Source: Auanema rhodensis
Taxonomy: Eukaryota; Animalia; Nematoda
Assembly (NCBI GenBank): GCA_964057225.1
Contig: OZ059895.1
Location: forward strand, 15,438,001-15,502,000
Direction: 5' to 3'
DNA: 64,000 nt
Below are positions 28,781 through 41,435 of this stretch, in pieces. Under the pieces are notes generated by a model that worked only from the letters and a program-made list of their open reading frames with translations, did no database searches and was not told the origin of the DNA. Made by a program: the position numbers and the translations under genes. How positions within the stretch are numbered: the first letter of the stretch is position 1; each line of letters begins with the position of its first letter.

Positions 28781-31211
28781 CTATCTTTCAATCTCTCTCT
28801 TCCCTACCCTATGTGACCAACTTCTATCGTACCCCACACCCCTCTCTTGTTACCATTCGCATTTTTCGAACCAACTCCTCGTTTTCACCTAACAACGTCA
28901 TCATCACCTCTTCTCACATTTTTCGTATTCGTCATCATCTTCATCAGTCGTCAGTCGTCAGCGTCGTCGTCGTCGTCGTCTTCGCTGTCGTTGTGTCGCT
29001 TGTGGCCGCAACCATTCAGCACATTTTTGCGTTGTCGCTGTCATCCGTCTCATCAACATCTATTGTTTCTTGTCACTTAACTAGGCTCATTTTTCACTTT
29101 TTTTTGGTTAAAACGATTGTCTGTCATCTGACGAATAGAATCTATCAGGTCTCTATCTTAATTTCTTTGATTCTCTCACCTATTCTGTTGTTACCGCTTT
29201 CGAACTGTGGCTATTGCATGCATTCTCTACGTTCTTCCACCTTCTTCGACGTCCTCCCTCTAAACATCCAGGTGCTAGATAATCGGCGTCATCATCATCA
29301 TCAGAAGATGACGATGAAAATCATGTCGATCACATGAATCTATCTTGTACATCTGTGAGCTTAAATGTCATATGACTAAAGTTTTTGCCATCATTCAAGC
29401 TCTTCCAGCATTCTTTTCAACTTTAAAGTTTTACTTCTTGTTTAACCGTGTATGTACTCAACTTACTCTCATGCAGTCATCACGCTATCAGTTTCTCTCA
29501 AGTTCTTTACAGAAGTTGTAAAGAATTTGTAGAATTTACATGTGCATCTGGAAAACAACGTTCGTTCAAGTTTTAAAGTTTTTGAGCGTAAAAAGAAAAT
29601 CTTTGTTTTCATATTTACAGGTTAAAATCTTTCTCTATCTGTCTAACATCTGTAATAGATTTACTGGAACGACGCTTCCTCGTCCTCATTCTCTGCTCTA
29701 GCTCTACCATATCACTTCTACCCTTCCCTATCTCTCTCTTTCTCTCTCCTTAGCTCCCCCCTCTCTCTCTCTCTCTCTATTTCGCTTTACCTATCTATCT
29801 TCTTTCACTCCCTCTCTTTATCATTCTATAGATATAACTACGTGAAAAACAAACGAGGACAGTTGGCTGAATGCCTCATAGAAATTGAGATGAATTTCGG
29901 CTTTTGCTTTAAGAGATAACAAAATACTGAAGAGATATCAGGTGAATATGTCAAGTGTGTGTTGCCCCGAGGGCATCGGTCGTTTTTCGTTTTCTCTCTC
30001 TCCCTCCCAATCTATCTGACTGCTTTCTTTCTCTGCCTCTCTTGACAACTCACAGTATACCGTCATCAACAGGTAAAAATGACGTAATGGAATCTAAAGG
30101 CAAAGAGTCAGACGCTGATTTCAGCAGACATATCTTCAACTTCTTGGCTTATCTTCTCTTCTCAAAATCTCTCGTCCTTTCGCCCTCACTTGCTCTCTAT
30201 ATATCAGATATTCTCAGCACATTTTTCGTTTTTTTTTTCTTTTTTGAAAGGGATATGCCGATGACTATGACTAAAGAATGCTGGGAATGCGATAGAGTAC
30301 CTGACTGAACGAGCGTATATTGCTGGAGGCAATGCTCGAATGAATACTAATAGTGCGAAGCCACACAGAGAGAAAGAGAGAGAGAGGGAGAAAGAAAGAG
30401 AGAGGGAGAAAGAGAGAGAGAGAGTTGTCTCTTTCATATTTCTTCAATTTTTGGTCCTATCTTCTCATCGTATTTTCTTTTTCTCAGATGATTATCTTTG
30501 TGCCACAGATCGCTGTGTTAGTTGTGTATTATCTGAGATGAAAGTTCAATCAACTCTCTATTCCTTAGATGTCTCATTGTTTTTTGCGTTCACGAGGTCC
30601 ATTTGCCTATCTACGTGTACTTCACAAAGGCAGATCAAATAGGTCCACCTCCCCCTTCTCTCTCTCACTCTCTCTCTCTCTCTCTCTCTCTGCTTACTTC
30701 TTGCCATATAAATTCTCAAAAAAGTTTTAATTTTCTTCATTACTGCTCATTTTTTATAATTTTTTTTCCTTTTCCAAATATTTTTATAGCCATTTTATTC
30801 ATAAAAATGTGTCAATTTCTCGTTTTTGTTTTGGAATTATTGAGATTAAGCTACATAAGCGGCATATTATAGCTGCTTCCGCTTATTTAACAACAAATTG
30901 TTATTTCATCTCGCATATCATTCAACTCATATTTCGTCTTTTTCTTTTTTTATATTCTTTTATTGATATTTCCTTGCTAATATTTATCTTTATTTTCAGC
31001 TTAAAATCAAGAAATAGCTCAGTTCACTCAGATTTACATCATCATTGCTGACAGTCAAATCATCAGAAATTACATTTAGAAATCATAAGTTGTTCAGGTG
31101 CGTCAGACGTTTTTTTTTCTTTTTTTTTTGGTTGAAAAATGGTTATAACATATGTATCTGCTATATCTATTTCTCTTCTATAACCTTGTATTCTCTCTAT
31201 ATTCTCTCTCT

Positions 31212-31254
<43 letters not shown>

Positions 31255-31964
31255 CACAACTTAGATGCAAAATTTCATATTTTGAGCTAAAAATATTCGA
31301 ATTTGACAGTTAAAAGTGTGTGTCAAGATGCTGAAAAAAGCTCCTCATTTCACTCTGTACATGTCATACGAATATGACAAGTTCTGAGGTCAAATGAACA
31401 GGTGTTGAACGGCTTTTCCTTTTCACAAAAATGTTTGAATATCAAGTGAAAAGCAGCAACAGCATCAGCACCACCACCAGCACCAGCAGCAGCACACATC
31501 ATCATCATCCACATCCTCATTATCAGCATCGTTCTCGTGTATGTGTATCATGAGCTTTAACATTCAAAAGCAATAAATTTTAAATTAATTTATATAAATT
31601 AACATAAATATAATTAAAAATATCAAAAAAACACATTCTTCACGTAATCACGTAATGAGGCCGCGTGATCATTCCACGTGAAACACGCACTGACTCATTT
31701 TGTTTATTTCTTTCTTGTGAACCGGTTGCTTTTCCTTTATTTTTCCTTTATTTTTATCTTTTTTTTCTATCTTTCTATTAATTTTTTCTTCTCGAAAATC
31801 AGAGAATTATGATTGTACATTCATTTCTCTCAATTGTTTTTACAAAAAAGGTAAAGAAAGGTCTTTTCTTAATTCTGTTATTAAATTTATTTTAAATTAT
31901 ATTCATATAATCTATCTATATTTATATTAACTTTTTGGAAATCTAATGAATAGTTAGTGATAGT

Positions 31965-32003
<39 letters not shown>

Positions 32004-32580
32004 AGAAGATGAAGGTAAAATGATCTTCAAAACTTTACTTCCTTTCATTTTTAATTCTTCTTTTCTATATTTAGGTCTAATATCCATATTCATATTCTAT
32101 ATATCTATATTTCCTTGTTCTCTCTCTCTCTCTCTCTCTCTCTCTTTGATATTTCTTTTGTTAAAAATATTTTATTTTTTTACAAAAACAGGTACTGTAT
32201 GTTATATGTAATTCTGCTTAAACTTCATTTTGCTTGCTTCATCATCAACATATTCTTCTTTTTTAGATTTCTATAAATCAAAAATACAAAATAATTATAT
32301 TAATTATTATATATTATACATTTTTGATCTGCTATTCGATCAATCTATCTATTTCGTAATCAATTAATTTTCCTTTTTTTGTCTTCAATTTTTCAAAAAA
32401 AAAATTGAAAAAGGCTGATGACAGCACATCTTGTGATCATGTTCATTGTCGTTTTTTCCTCAAAATCATTGCATGGCCTACGTATCATTCTGATGCCAAG
32501 GACAACAGCTGTACGATTTCTCATTCATTAGGATATACAGCTTGACTAGTACTTTCTCTTTTAATCTATCTCTCTCCCTC

Positions 32581-32648
<68 letters not shown>

Positions 32649-33541
32649 CTCACTCTTTCCTTCTTTACTTTGAACCTCATAAAATGTATTTTTGTACTTC
32701 AACAACTTCAACTTCAAGACTTTTCGAACGCATCTAAAGACCATTTCTATTTCTTCGTCCCTTCTCTCTCTCTCTCTGTAGCTCTCTCTAAAGCTTTTCA
32801 ATTCAAATTGGTCTCTCATCCTCGAACTATTTATCTTTCTCTCTATCTTTTTATTTTATTTTGTTTTTTAAAAAAAAAAATTCAGTTCACACGTTGAATG
32901 ATCCAATTCAATTAATTATTAACATCTCAAAGTTCATATTTCGTGTTTATATGAATGCTCCATGTATTTAACGAGCTAGTCCCCCCCCCTCTCTCCAACC
33001 CCACGGCCCCACCTACCCTGTTTCCCTTCTCTCCTTTTCTCTTAACCTCTCTCTATCTCTCTTTATCTTTTTTTATGTTTTCCCTCAAAAAAACACATAT
33101 AATTCTATGAATTCTATTTATAATTTAAAATATATTATTCTTTATTCTAAGTATATTTAAATACAAGCATACTTTATGTTATTTCTTTTCCAATTTTTTT
33201 TTTGGCCAAAAAAGGAAAAAAAAATTGAACTGAATGAAAAACAACCAAAGAGAGAGAGAAAGAGAGAGAGAGGGAGAGAATAGATACTACATGTATACAT
33301 CTATGATATCATTTGCATATACATACTATGTACCTAACTATGTGTTTATCCAATAAACATAGTTAAAAATATATAATTTTCTATATAAATAGAAGAGATG
33401 ATAATAAAAAAATAAAAAGAATCAACTTACATACATACGTAATTACTCTTCGTTCCTTCTTATTCTTCTTCTTCTTATGTTTCAAAATATCTTTTACTTA
33501 GTTGTTACCTGTGCCCCGGTTATTTCCTCTCCCCCCTTTCA

Positions 33542-33580
<39 letters not shown>

Positions 33581-34113
33581 TATATGTGATTCTTTGCTCT
33601 CTTTCTTCTGGTTCTACAGTTTTTTATTCACATAATCTACTGATATAGTAAAGGCTTTGTTAATCTGTTTTCCTTTTTTTTCTTTTTTTTTTTGAAAAAA
33701 ATAAAAATAAATAATCCGAAATGGCAAGAAAAAGCGTGAATTGTACAGAAGACGAGTAGCCCCTTGCTATGTAATCATTTCAACTACCACCACCACTACT
33801 ACTACTACTTGTAGCCCTCACTATTACTTCTCTTGTAATCTTCATAATAAGCATCACGTGTAGTTCACGTGGAATACGTGAAAAATTAAATAATAATACG
33901 TGACATGTTCTTGATTTACCTCTTTCATTCTCACTTTTGCTGACAAGTACGGTTGTTCTTAAGTATTTTAGACGATTAGACATACTCATGTTTGACATAT
34001 CATGATGATGATCATCACATCTGTCTACCTCGTACTAGTAATCGTAACCCTTTAACTCTCTTTCTTTCTCTCTATATCACTCGTTAACCTCAATAAAGAG
34101 AGAGAGAGAGAGG

Positions 34114-34158
<45 letters not shown>

Positions 34159-34501
34159 AGAGAATGAAAGAAGGTGAAGAATATGGATAATTAGAGGAAA
34201 AGAAAAAGAAAAAGTAAGAAAAAAGAAAAAAAAAGAAACTTTTTTACACTCAAAATTCTATTTTTACATATTTTCATGTAAAAAAAAAAATTTACACATG
34301 TATATTTAGATTGAAAAGCTTTTGATTATATAGAATGAGAACATTTGTTGCTTCTCACTCTACCTCTGTATTACTATTCGGTTTAGTTAGATAGGCTTCT
34401 GCTTCGTCTTAACCAGCTCTAACGACGATAGATACGTACAGAGGTACAAGCACAAAGCAAAAGCACAACGTAGAAATGAGTAGAAAGATACACACATCAA
34501 C

Positions 34502-34551
<50 letters not shown>

Positions 34552-36175
34552 TATGCGCACATACACACACACAGACGATAGAAGATACAAAGGCTATACA
34601 CATATCGCCTGTTATAATGTCCTTTAAATCTTTGTATTTTTCTTTTTTTTTTCATTTTTGACTTGAACATCATGCAGTTGTTCTACTTCTTCTTTTCTCA
34701 TTTTCTTTTTTATTTTTTAAATTATCTTGTATTATCTAAAGACTAAATATTATATTTTCATTACATATATGAGAATGTATGTTGAAATTTCAAAAAAAAT
34801 TATCAAAAAGATAGTTTGATCTTATGAAGAAATGTTTTTTCAAATGGCTTAATCAGCTCTTCTTCTTCTTCTTCTTCTTCTTGTGTGTTTCTTTGATTTC
34901 TCCTCTTCATTCTTGTTCAATAGCATCAAGCTGTTTTCCTTACTTCATCCACCACCCCCTACATCCTCCCTCTCTTCCCTTCCTTCATCCATCTGAAGAG
35001 CAGAATCTTACGACTTCTTGACATTGATTTCAATGCACTGAAATAGTTCAAAAACTATTTATATACTATACTGAATATATATATTTCATGATCAGTAATC
35101 ATATCATCATAGCTCAACTTTTTCAATAATATCAGCTCATGTTTGAACTTCAAAGGATATAAGATCAGGGAAGTTGTTGCTTGATAGCTTGAAGCTGAAA
35201 CAATCGAAGAACACCGAGAGGACGTGAAAAGCTGAAGCTGACGAGCAGAATCATAGCAATAGAGTCTCAATGTGCTTGATCTATTTAACCTTTGAATTTC
35301 TATATTACATGAAGTATCAAGTATAAACAACAGACAATAGTTCATTGATCTCTTATATCAGTTATATAACTTCATGAACGCATTGAAAGAGCTTCATTTC
35401 ATGTTGTAGCTTAGCTATGTGTCTGTGTGATGCTCTCAATGCTTCTTCATCCAAGTTAAAGCATGTATGATCATATCAGAAGACACAAGCATAACGTCGT
35501 CAAGATGCTTCTGCTTCCTATTGTTTCTTCGTTTTAATCTTTCTTACTCATCATCATATACATGTATGAACAACGTTAACCTATCAGATGTTATCATCAC
35601 ATCTTTCATCATTAAAGTTTCTTTTTGGTTATTGTTCTCTCTCTTTAAGGCTTTTCTCAACTTCTTTCATGTATTTCCCTCTTAGTACACTTCCCCATCC
35701 CCCACCTCTCCCTTTCCCTCTCTCTCTCTCTATCTCTCTCTCTCTCTCTCGTTCTCTCGTTCTCTTTCTCGACGATCACTTGTTTTGCTTTAATCTTGAG
35801 AAACCGTAATATGTTATCAGAATAAGTAGATACAACATGTGATGATAAGAGAACGAACAGTTCTTCTTCTTCTTCTTCTTTTCGGGTGCTTTGAAGGCCA
35901 AGTTCAAGAAGTTTAAATTTTTTTTATTTTGAAACATACATGTACATCAATCTATTATCTATATCTCTATATTCATAACATAGTTATACTAACTATATGA
36001 TATATAGTTAGTATAGTTAGTAAATATGATTGAAATCTGTCTGTTAATAGAAGGAAAGGGCAAATTGAACACTTCCTTGGTCAACGACTTCAGGTCATGA
36101 TGTTGAAGTTTAGCGAATAGACGAAGAAGGAGAAGAAGAATACATTGGTTCTCCTTCTTCTTCTTCTTCTTCTTT

Positions 36176-36233
<58 letters not shown>

Positions 36234-36573
36234 GTTCTCCTAGTTCTGTTAAAAAGCATAAGTTGCCTTGAGGCTATATGACGAGACAAAATGAAAAATC
36301 AACTTTCATCATTCGTTGAATGGCTTCATCAGCAATTTTTTCCGAAAACAATCAGAATCCGATACGTTCGCACAAGAAGCTGATGCTTCAACATCTTCGT
36401 CAGCAGTAGCAGCTCATTGACTGTTGTCATTTTTAGTGATAATGTTGATGATGGTGGAAGTAACGATGATTGTGGTCGGCGACGTCGTTGCTGATGTCAA
36501 CGTCATGTAGTTGTCATCGTGCGGTTATGTGTTGAACCTGTTCATTAATTCTGTCATTTAAGCAGAAAATGGG

Positions 36574-36604
<31 letters not shown>

Positions 36605-36973
36605 GAACGATAAAGCATTTGAATTTGATAGAAGAAGACAAGAATCGGTGTAAGACCCACTATGATGACGACTGCTACCCCCTGAGGCATCTTCAGTAAA
36701 TTGAACTAGGTGATGATGACGCACTGGGGGCGAAAGCTGAAACTGAATGATGTCGTTGTCCTCTTTACGCTATATTGCTACCGGCAACAACGACACACAT
36801 ATATACACATATGATGATGATGACGAAGCGACAACGACGGCGGCAATGACGACGGCAACAGTCAGCGACAACTTCGACACGAGATAGACGACGACAAATG
36901 ATAATTATGACTACACGACCGCCAAAATCTGGTTGGCAGGGACTGTAGCAAGCATCATCAGCAGCAGCAACAG

Positions 36974-37005
<32 letters not shown>

Positions 37006-37755
37006 ACAGGAGAGTAAGACATCAAGCACAACAGATACACATGAATGGCAGCAAATGCCCTCAGGCAACAGCATCATTAATCGTCCTAATTATTGATTTG
37101 ATGAATCAGACAACGACGACGAAGAAGAAGAAGAAGAAGAGAAGGCGAATTGTCTTTTTAATTGTTCAATCTATGGTTCTGTCCTTCAACAGCATAATTT
37201 TTTTTTCAAAGAAGCTAAACATATTCCGCTCTCTCTCTCGCTTGGTCTCTCTCTCTCTCTCTCTCTTTCGTTTTCAAGCTTGATAGTCAGCCAGCCTGAC
37301 GATAGCTAGTCAATTCTTCCTCTCATTCTCGTGGTTTTGTATCTCTTTACCACCCCCCCCCCTATCTGTCAGTATCATGACAATGTATGTTAGTTGCCCT
37401 CGGGGCGCAAAAACATAGACAAAGCCATTGAGCGTTTGCCTGGTTGACGATGGTCACGATCCCCGCACCATCACATCACCTTTCTCCCAGATTCAACCCA
37501 TCTATCTATCTATCTGGTCTGTCTCTTTCATCTACCTTATTCCAATGTTTTCACATGGTTGTCTCTTCCTCCTCTTCTACTTCTGATTGTCGTCGTCAAG
37601 ATACATCTCGTCGAATCCGAATTATCTAAAAATATTTTCCTCACATCATCTTATTAGCCTGTGCTTTGAACAATACAAGAGGAAAATTGCTATTTTCATG
37701 GTTACAAGGGAGAGAGTCTCTTCTCCTGTCTCTTCTACACCTCACTCTCTCACTG

Positions 37756-37805
<50 letters not shown>

Positions 37806-38046
37806 TCATAACAACTTCATTTTACTGTTACATTCATTTCTTACAACACATTATCATGTTGTTTTCTATAAATCTATTTCAAATTAATACTTTATCAGCT
37901 TCATATACTGTAAAATTATATCAGAAAAATGATTGTTTTAAAGACTTTGTCGTTTGATTTTCTATTTGAGAACTCAACTAATCGTAATTTCAAAGTCTCA
38001 TAGATTCACAAAGACAAAATGACGACAGAGGTAACGAGGTACGCAC

Positions 38047-38078
<32 letters not shown>

Positions 38079-40590
38079 GATGTGCAAGGGTGAGGGGAGC
38101 AGAGAAAAGAGTTATAGAAGATTGATGAAAGACATCTATCAAACTATAGACTAGGACACCTTTTTGGAAAAATCATTGATCACAATGACTTCTAGTCGAA
38201 GCTCTCAATCACATCCATAGCCCCTCCCCTCTTTCGCTCTCTCTCTCTCTCTATCTATGTATCTCTCTCTCTCTCTCTCTGTCTTGAAGTTTTTCGAGAA
38301 TATTTTTATCAAAGCTTCCGTATATGATGAAACTTAGGCTAAAACTTTCTTTTATTCTCTAAATTGTTATCAATGATTTCTTTATCCAAATAATCAAACT
38401 TTAACAGTTCATTTGATCTCACTGATATCTATTGGAAATTAAATTTTTATATTTTTTTGTTGATAATCAACACCTTATACAATCAGCAGATGATAACAAG
38501 AGTTCCGAGAAAGATTGTCCAGACAAGTAATTGACTGACTGACTGACATACCGACGACAAGACCAACAGCCCCATCACTTAAGGATGGTAATGGTGGTGT
38601 AGGTGGGGGGGGGGGGGGTTGAAGAAGGGGGTTGCTGCTGACTGAATCAGTTGCATGTCTACCTATCTATCTGCTGCTACTGCTGATGATGATCATGATG
38701 ATCATGATATGGGAGGGTAGTTACAAGGTGAGATCAAAGTAGACAGATGGGAGAATGGGTAAGGTCTTCCCCCATTCAACTTTCTTGAACTTCCTTCATT
38801 CATTTCTATTATCAGAAACAAAGTCTCAAATCCATTTCGTTTCATCATACATGGTATGGTTCTCGATAACCTGAAACGTTGTCTTCTTTTCCATTTTTCG
38901 ACTTTTTAATTATTTTTGTCAACGAAAAAACAGTTTCTTGAACTTCTCTTAACCTTTGAAACTGTTTTTTCATCAAAATATCAGCGAAAGCTCCTCCTAC
39001 TTCCTATCATTCTCATGATATGCTGCTGCTGTTACTCCAGCCTAACGTAATTGGTCATGTCTTTTACTATTCCAAAGATAGAGAGAAATAATGAGAACAG
39101 CATCGGCCCGAAATCAAACATCTCTAGAACCTTCTCTTTCTCTCTCTCTCTCTCTCTCCCTCTCTCTCTCTCTATTTTTCTCTTGTAATCATGAAAATAA
39201 CAGTTTTCCTCTCTTTAAACTACATTATTCTATTCATAACATAACATATTATCCTATTTGATTCTCTAATCTCAATATTTTCATTTCAAACATCGATGAC
39301 ACATTTCTTTGAATGTTGCCATGTTTTTCTATTTAACTACCGTAATCATATCATATAAACTATGCGTATAATTAACCATTTGGCTTATCTATAGAAAGCT
39401 TTATGGGCCTAAGAAGTCAATGAATAACGCTTACTTGGTCCAGAGAAGACTGTGTCTGTATAGCCTATTTTGCACCTATACATACGTATTTTCTCTTGCT
39501 CTCCCTCTCTCTCTCTCTCTCTCTCGATCTTTCCCTCCCTTCGTTTCCTCTTTCTCATTCTCTCCCAATTCGTCGTCTTCTTCTTGACGTTATCGTCTTC
39601 CTTACCCCCCCCCCATCCCATCTCCATCATCCAATAGCGTTCCGTGGAAACAAAACCTATTACAGTATGCTTGATAAACAACATCACCCTTATCTCTGTG
39701 ATCATCCGCCTTCAACTCTCTCCCTCTTTCTCTCTCTCTCTCTCTATATATACTTTCATCAACTGATCCTCCACCCTCTCTTCCATACCCATTTCTGCAT
39801 CCTGTAACCTGATGCAATTTCCATAATAATAGCAGCAGAGAGCAAAGTTGAGTACTTACTCATCTGAACGCAAAACTAGAATGAAGGGAAAATGAGCCAA
39901 AAAGTGACGTTTTGCACGCTAGCTGATATGCGAAATGTAATCTATGCTGTAGAAAGACGAGCGTGTGTTCAGAGCAGAAAATTGTTTCCTCGTCGTTCTC
40001 TATGTGTTCTCTCAGTTAGCATGAAGAGGTGAAGAGGGAGATAGAGAGGCTAGAGTGCCAGAAGAGAATTTCTAACATCAATGTCCGATCATCAACATAT
40101 TATCATCATGAACACATGCAAATTCATCTTAAATATATATAAATAGAAGGTATCTGCTCAGTCGTTGTTCGTTATTTTCAAAGTTCCTACTCTGAAAGCA
40201 ACCTAGTAGTAGCTAATAGCCTAGTGCCACACACGTAGCTTTTCCTCTCTCTTTCTCTCTCTTTGTCTGATTCTCTGTGGCTTCTGCACTGCTCTTCCTT
40301 TTCTGCAAAATTGAAGAAAAGCAGTGCAAGAGAAGAGGAAGAGCTTTCTCCAATTTGAGAAGAGTTCTCAGTAATCGTATGAAGAATTCAGATGAGATGA
40401 GCTGCTGTCCATCTTCTCCACATCAATTACGTCATCTGAAAAATTTTTTTCAAGAAGAACAACGAAAGAAATTAAATTAAATTCTGTTTTTTACCTTTTT
40501 CCTTCTTCATTTTTTCTTCTTTTTAATGATCATGAACCACATCAACATCTCAAGTTAAAGAGAAATTATCAGCCAACCAGCACACTTCCA

Positions 40591-40631
<41 letters not shown>

Positions 40632-41040
40632 CTTACCAACCTAAACAACAGTGAGGACGTTATTTGGTCTACTTCGACGACATGATCATCGTCGTCGTCG
40701 TCGAAAACGTCAACGTAAAGCAGATCCTCTTACTTCAGCTGGACGCTTACTATGCTCTTTGCAGCTTCCTCATCATATTGGCTCAGTTTCTATTTTCTTC
40801 CCATGTACGTGTGTACGTGTTTCTCCTCCCCTTCCTTTCTTCTCTCTCTATCTCTCTCTTTATCCATTTCTACCTCCTTCTCTATCTCTATTACTCCCAC
40901 ACAAGCATCTACTTATTCAATTCCGCTTCATACACTTTCTGTTTTTTTCTTCCAATGACGTCGTTTAGTTCATGTTTTCCTCAGAATCCACTCTGACAAC
41001 CCCTCTAGTTCATGTCTAGATATCAGCTTTCAACTATTTA

Positions 41041-41410
41041 TAGCTCCGCCTTATGTTGCTGATTCCGTTTAAGAGTTCCACGTCTTGTGGCCATGTGGCA
41101 GTACCGGCATACATGGACTGTTACCATCTCTTTCTCTCTCTATCTCTTATTCTCTCTCTCTCTCTCTATCTATCTATCTCATTCTCTCACTTTCTTTCTC
41201 ATATGATCCAGAGCTTAGGTGCTCATGTGTCCTTCTGCTGAACTCCTTCTTCAATAAATCACCTTTTTGCTTGTTTTCCTTTGCCTTTCTTGCAATGTTC
41301 ACATCTTTCTCGTCTTTGTTGTTAGGTACGCATAGTTCATGCGTTATATGCGCATAGGATTGTGGGCGTGGCCTTTTTGTAGCTCCGCCTATTCATTTAC
41401 GCTTTTGCAG
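41041..41410 (+). promoter_or_regulatory. Proximal promoter/outron of the PIM kinase gene with Sp/KLF-type GC boxes and a probable trans-splice acceptor
   Basis: Identical 11-mer TAGCTCCGCCT at 41041-41051 and 41380-41390, GGGCGTGGC at 41364-41372, palindrome TATGCGCATA at 41347-41356, and acceptor TTTTGCAG ending at 41410, 25 nt before the ATG with an in-frame TAG at 41412-41414. Confidence 0.55.
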
Positions 41411-41435
41411 ATAGACGAGCCGGTATCTGAAGGCA

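Noticed and set aside
36662-36745. Apparent C/D-box snoRNA (ATGATGA..CTGA..TGATGA..CTGA) or hammerhead core
   Set aside because: ATGATGA is ubiquitous here through (GAT)n repeats, there is no terminal stem or recognisable rRNA antisense element, and the hammerhead C3 and stem II closing pair are missing.
38729-38750. TGAGATCA... bantam/miR-58-family seed
   Set aside because: No complementary arm at hairpin distance; it is a seed-only match.
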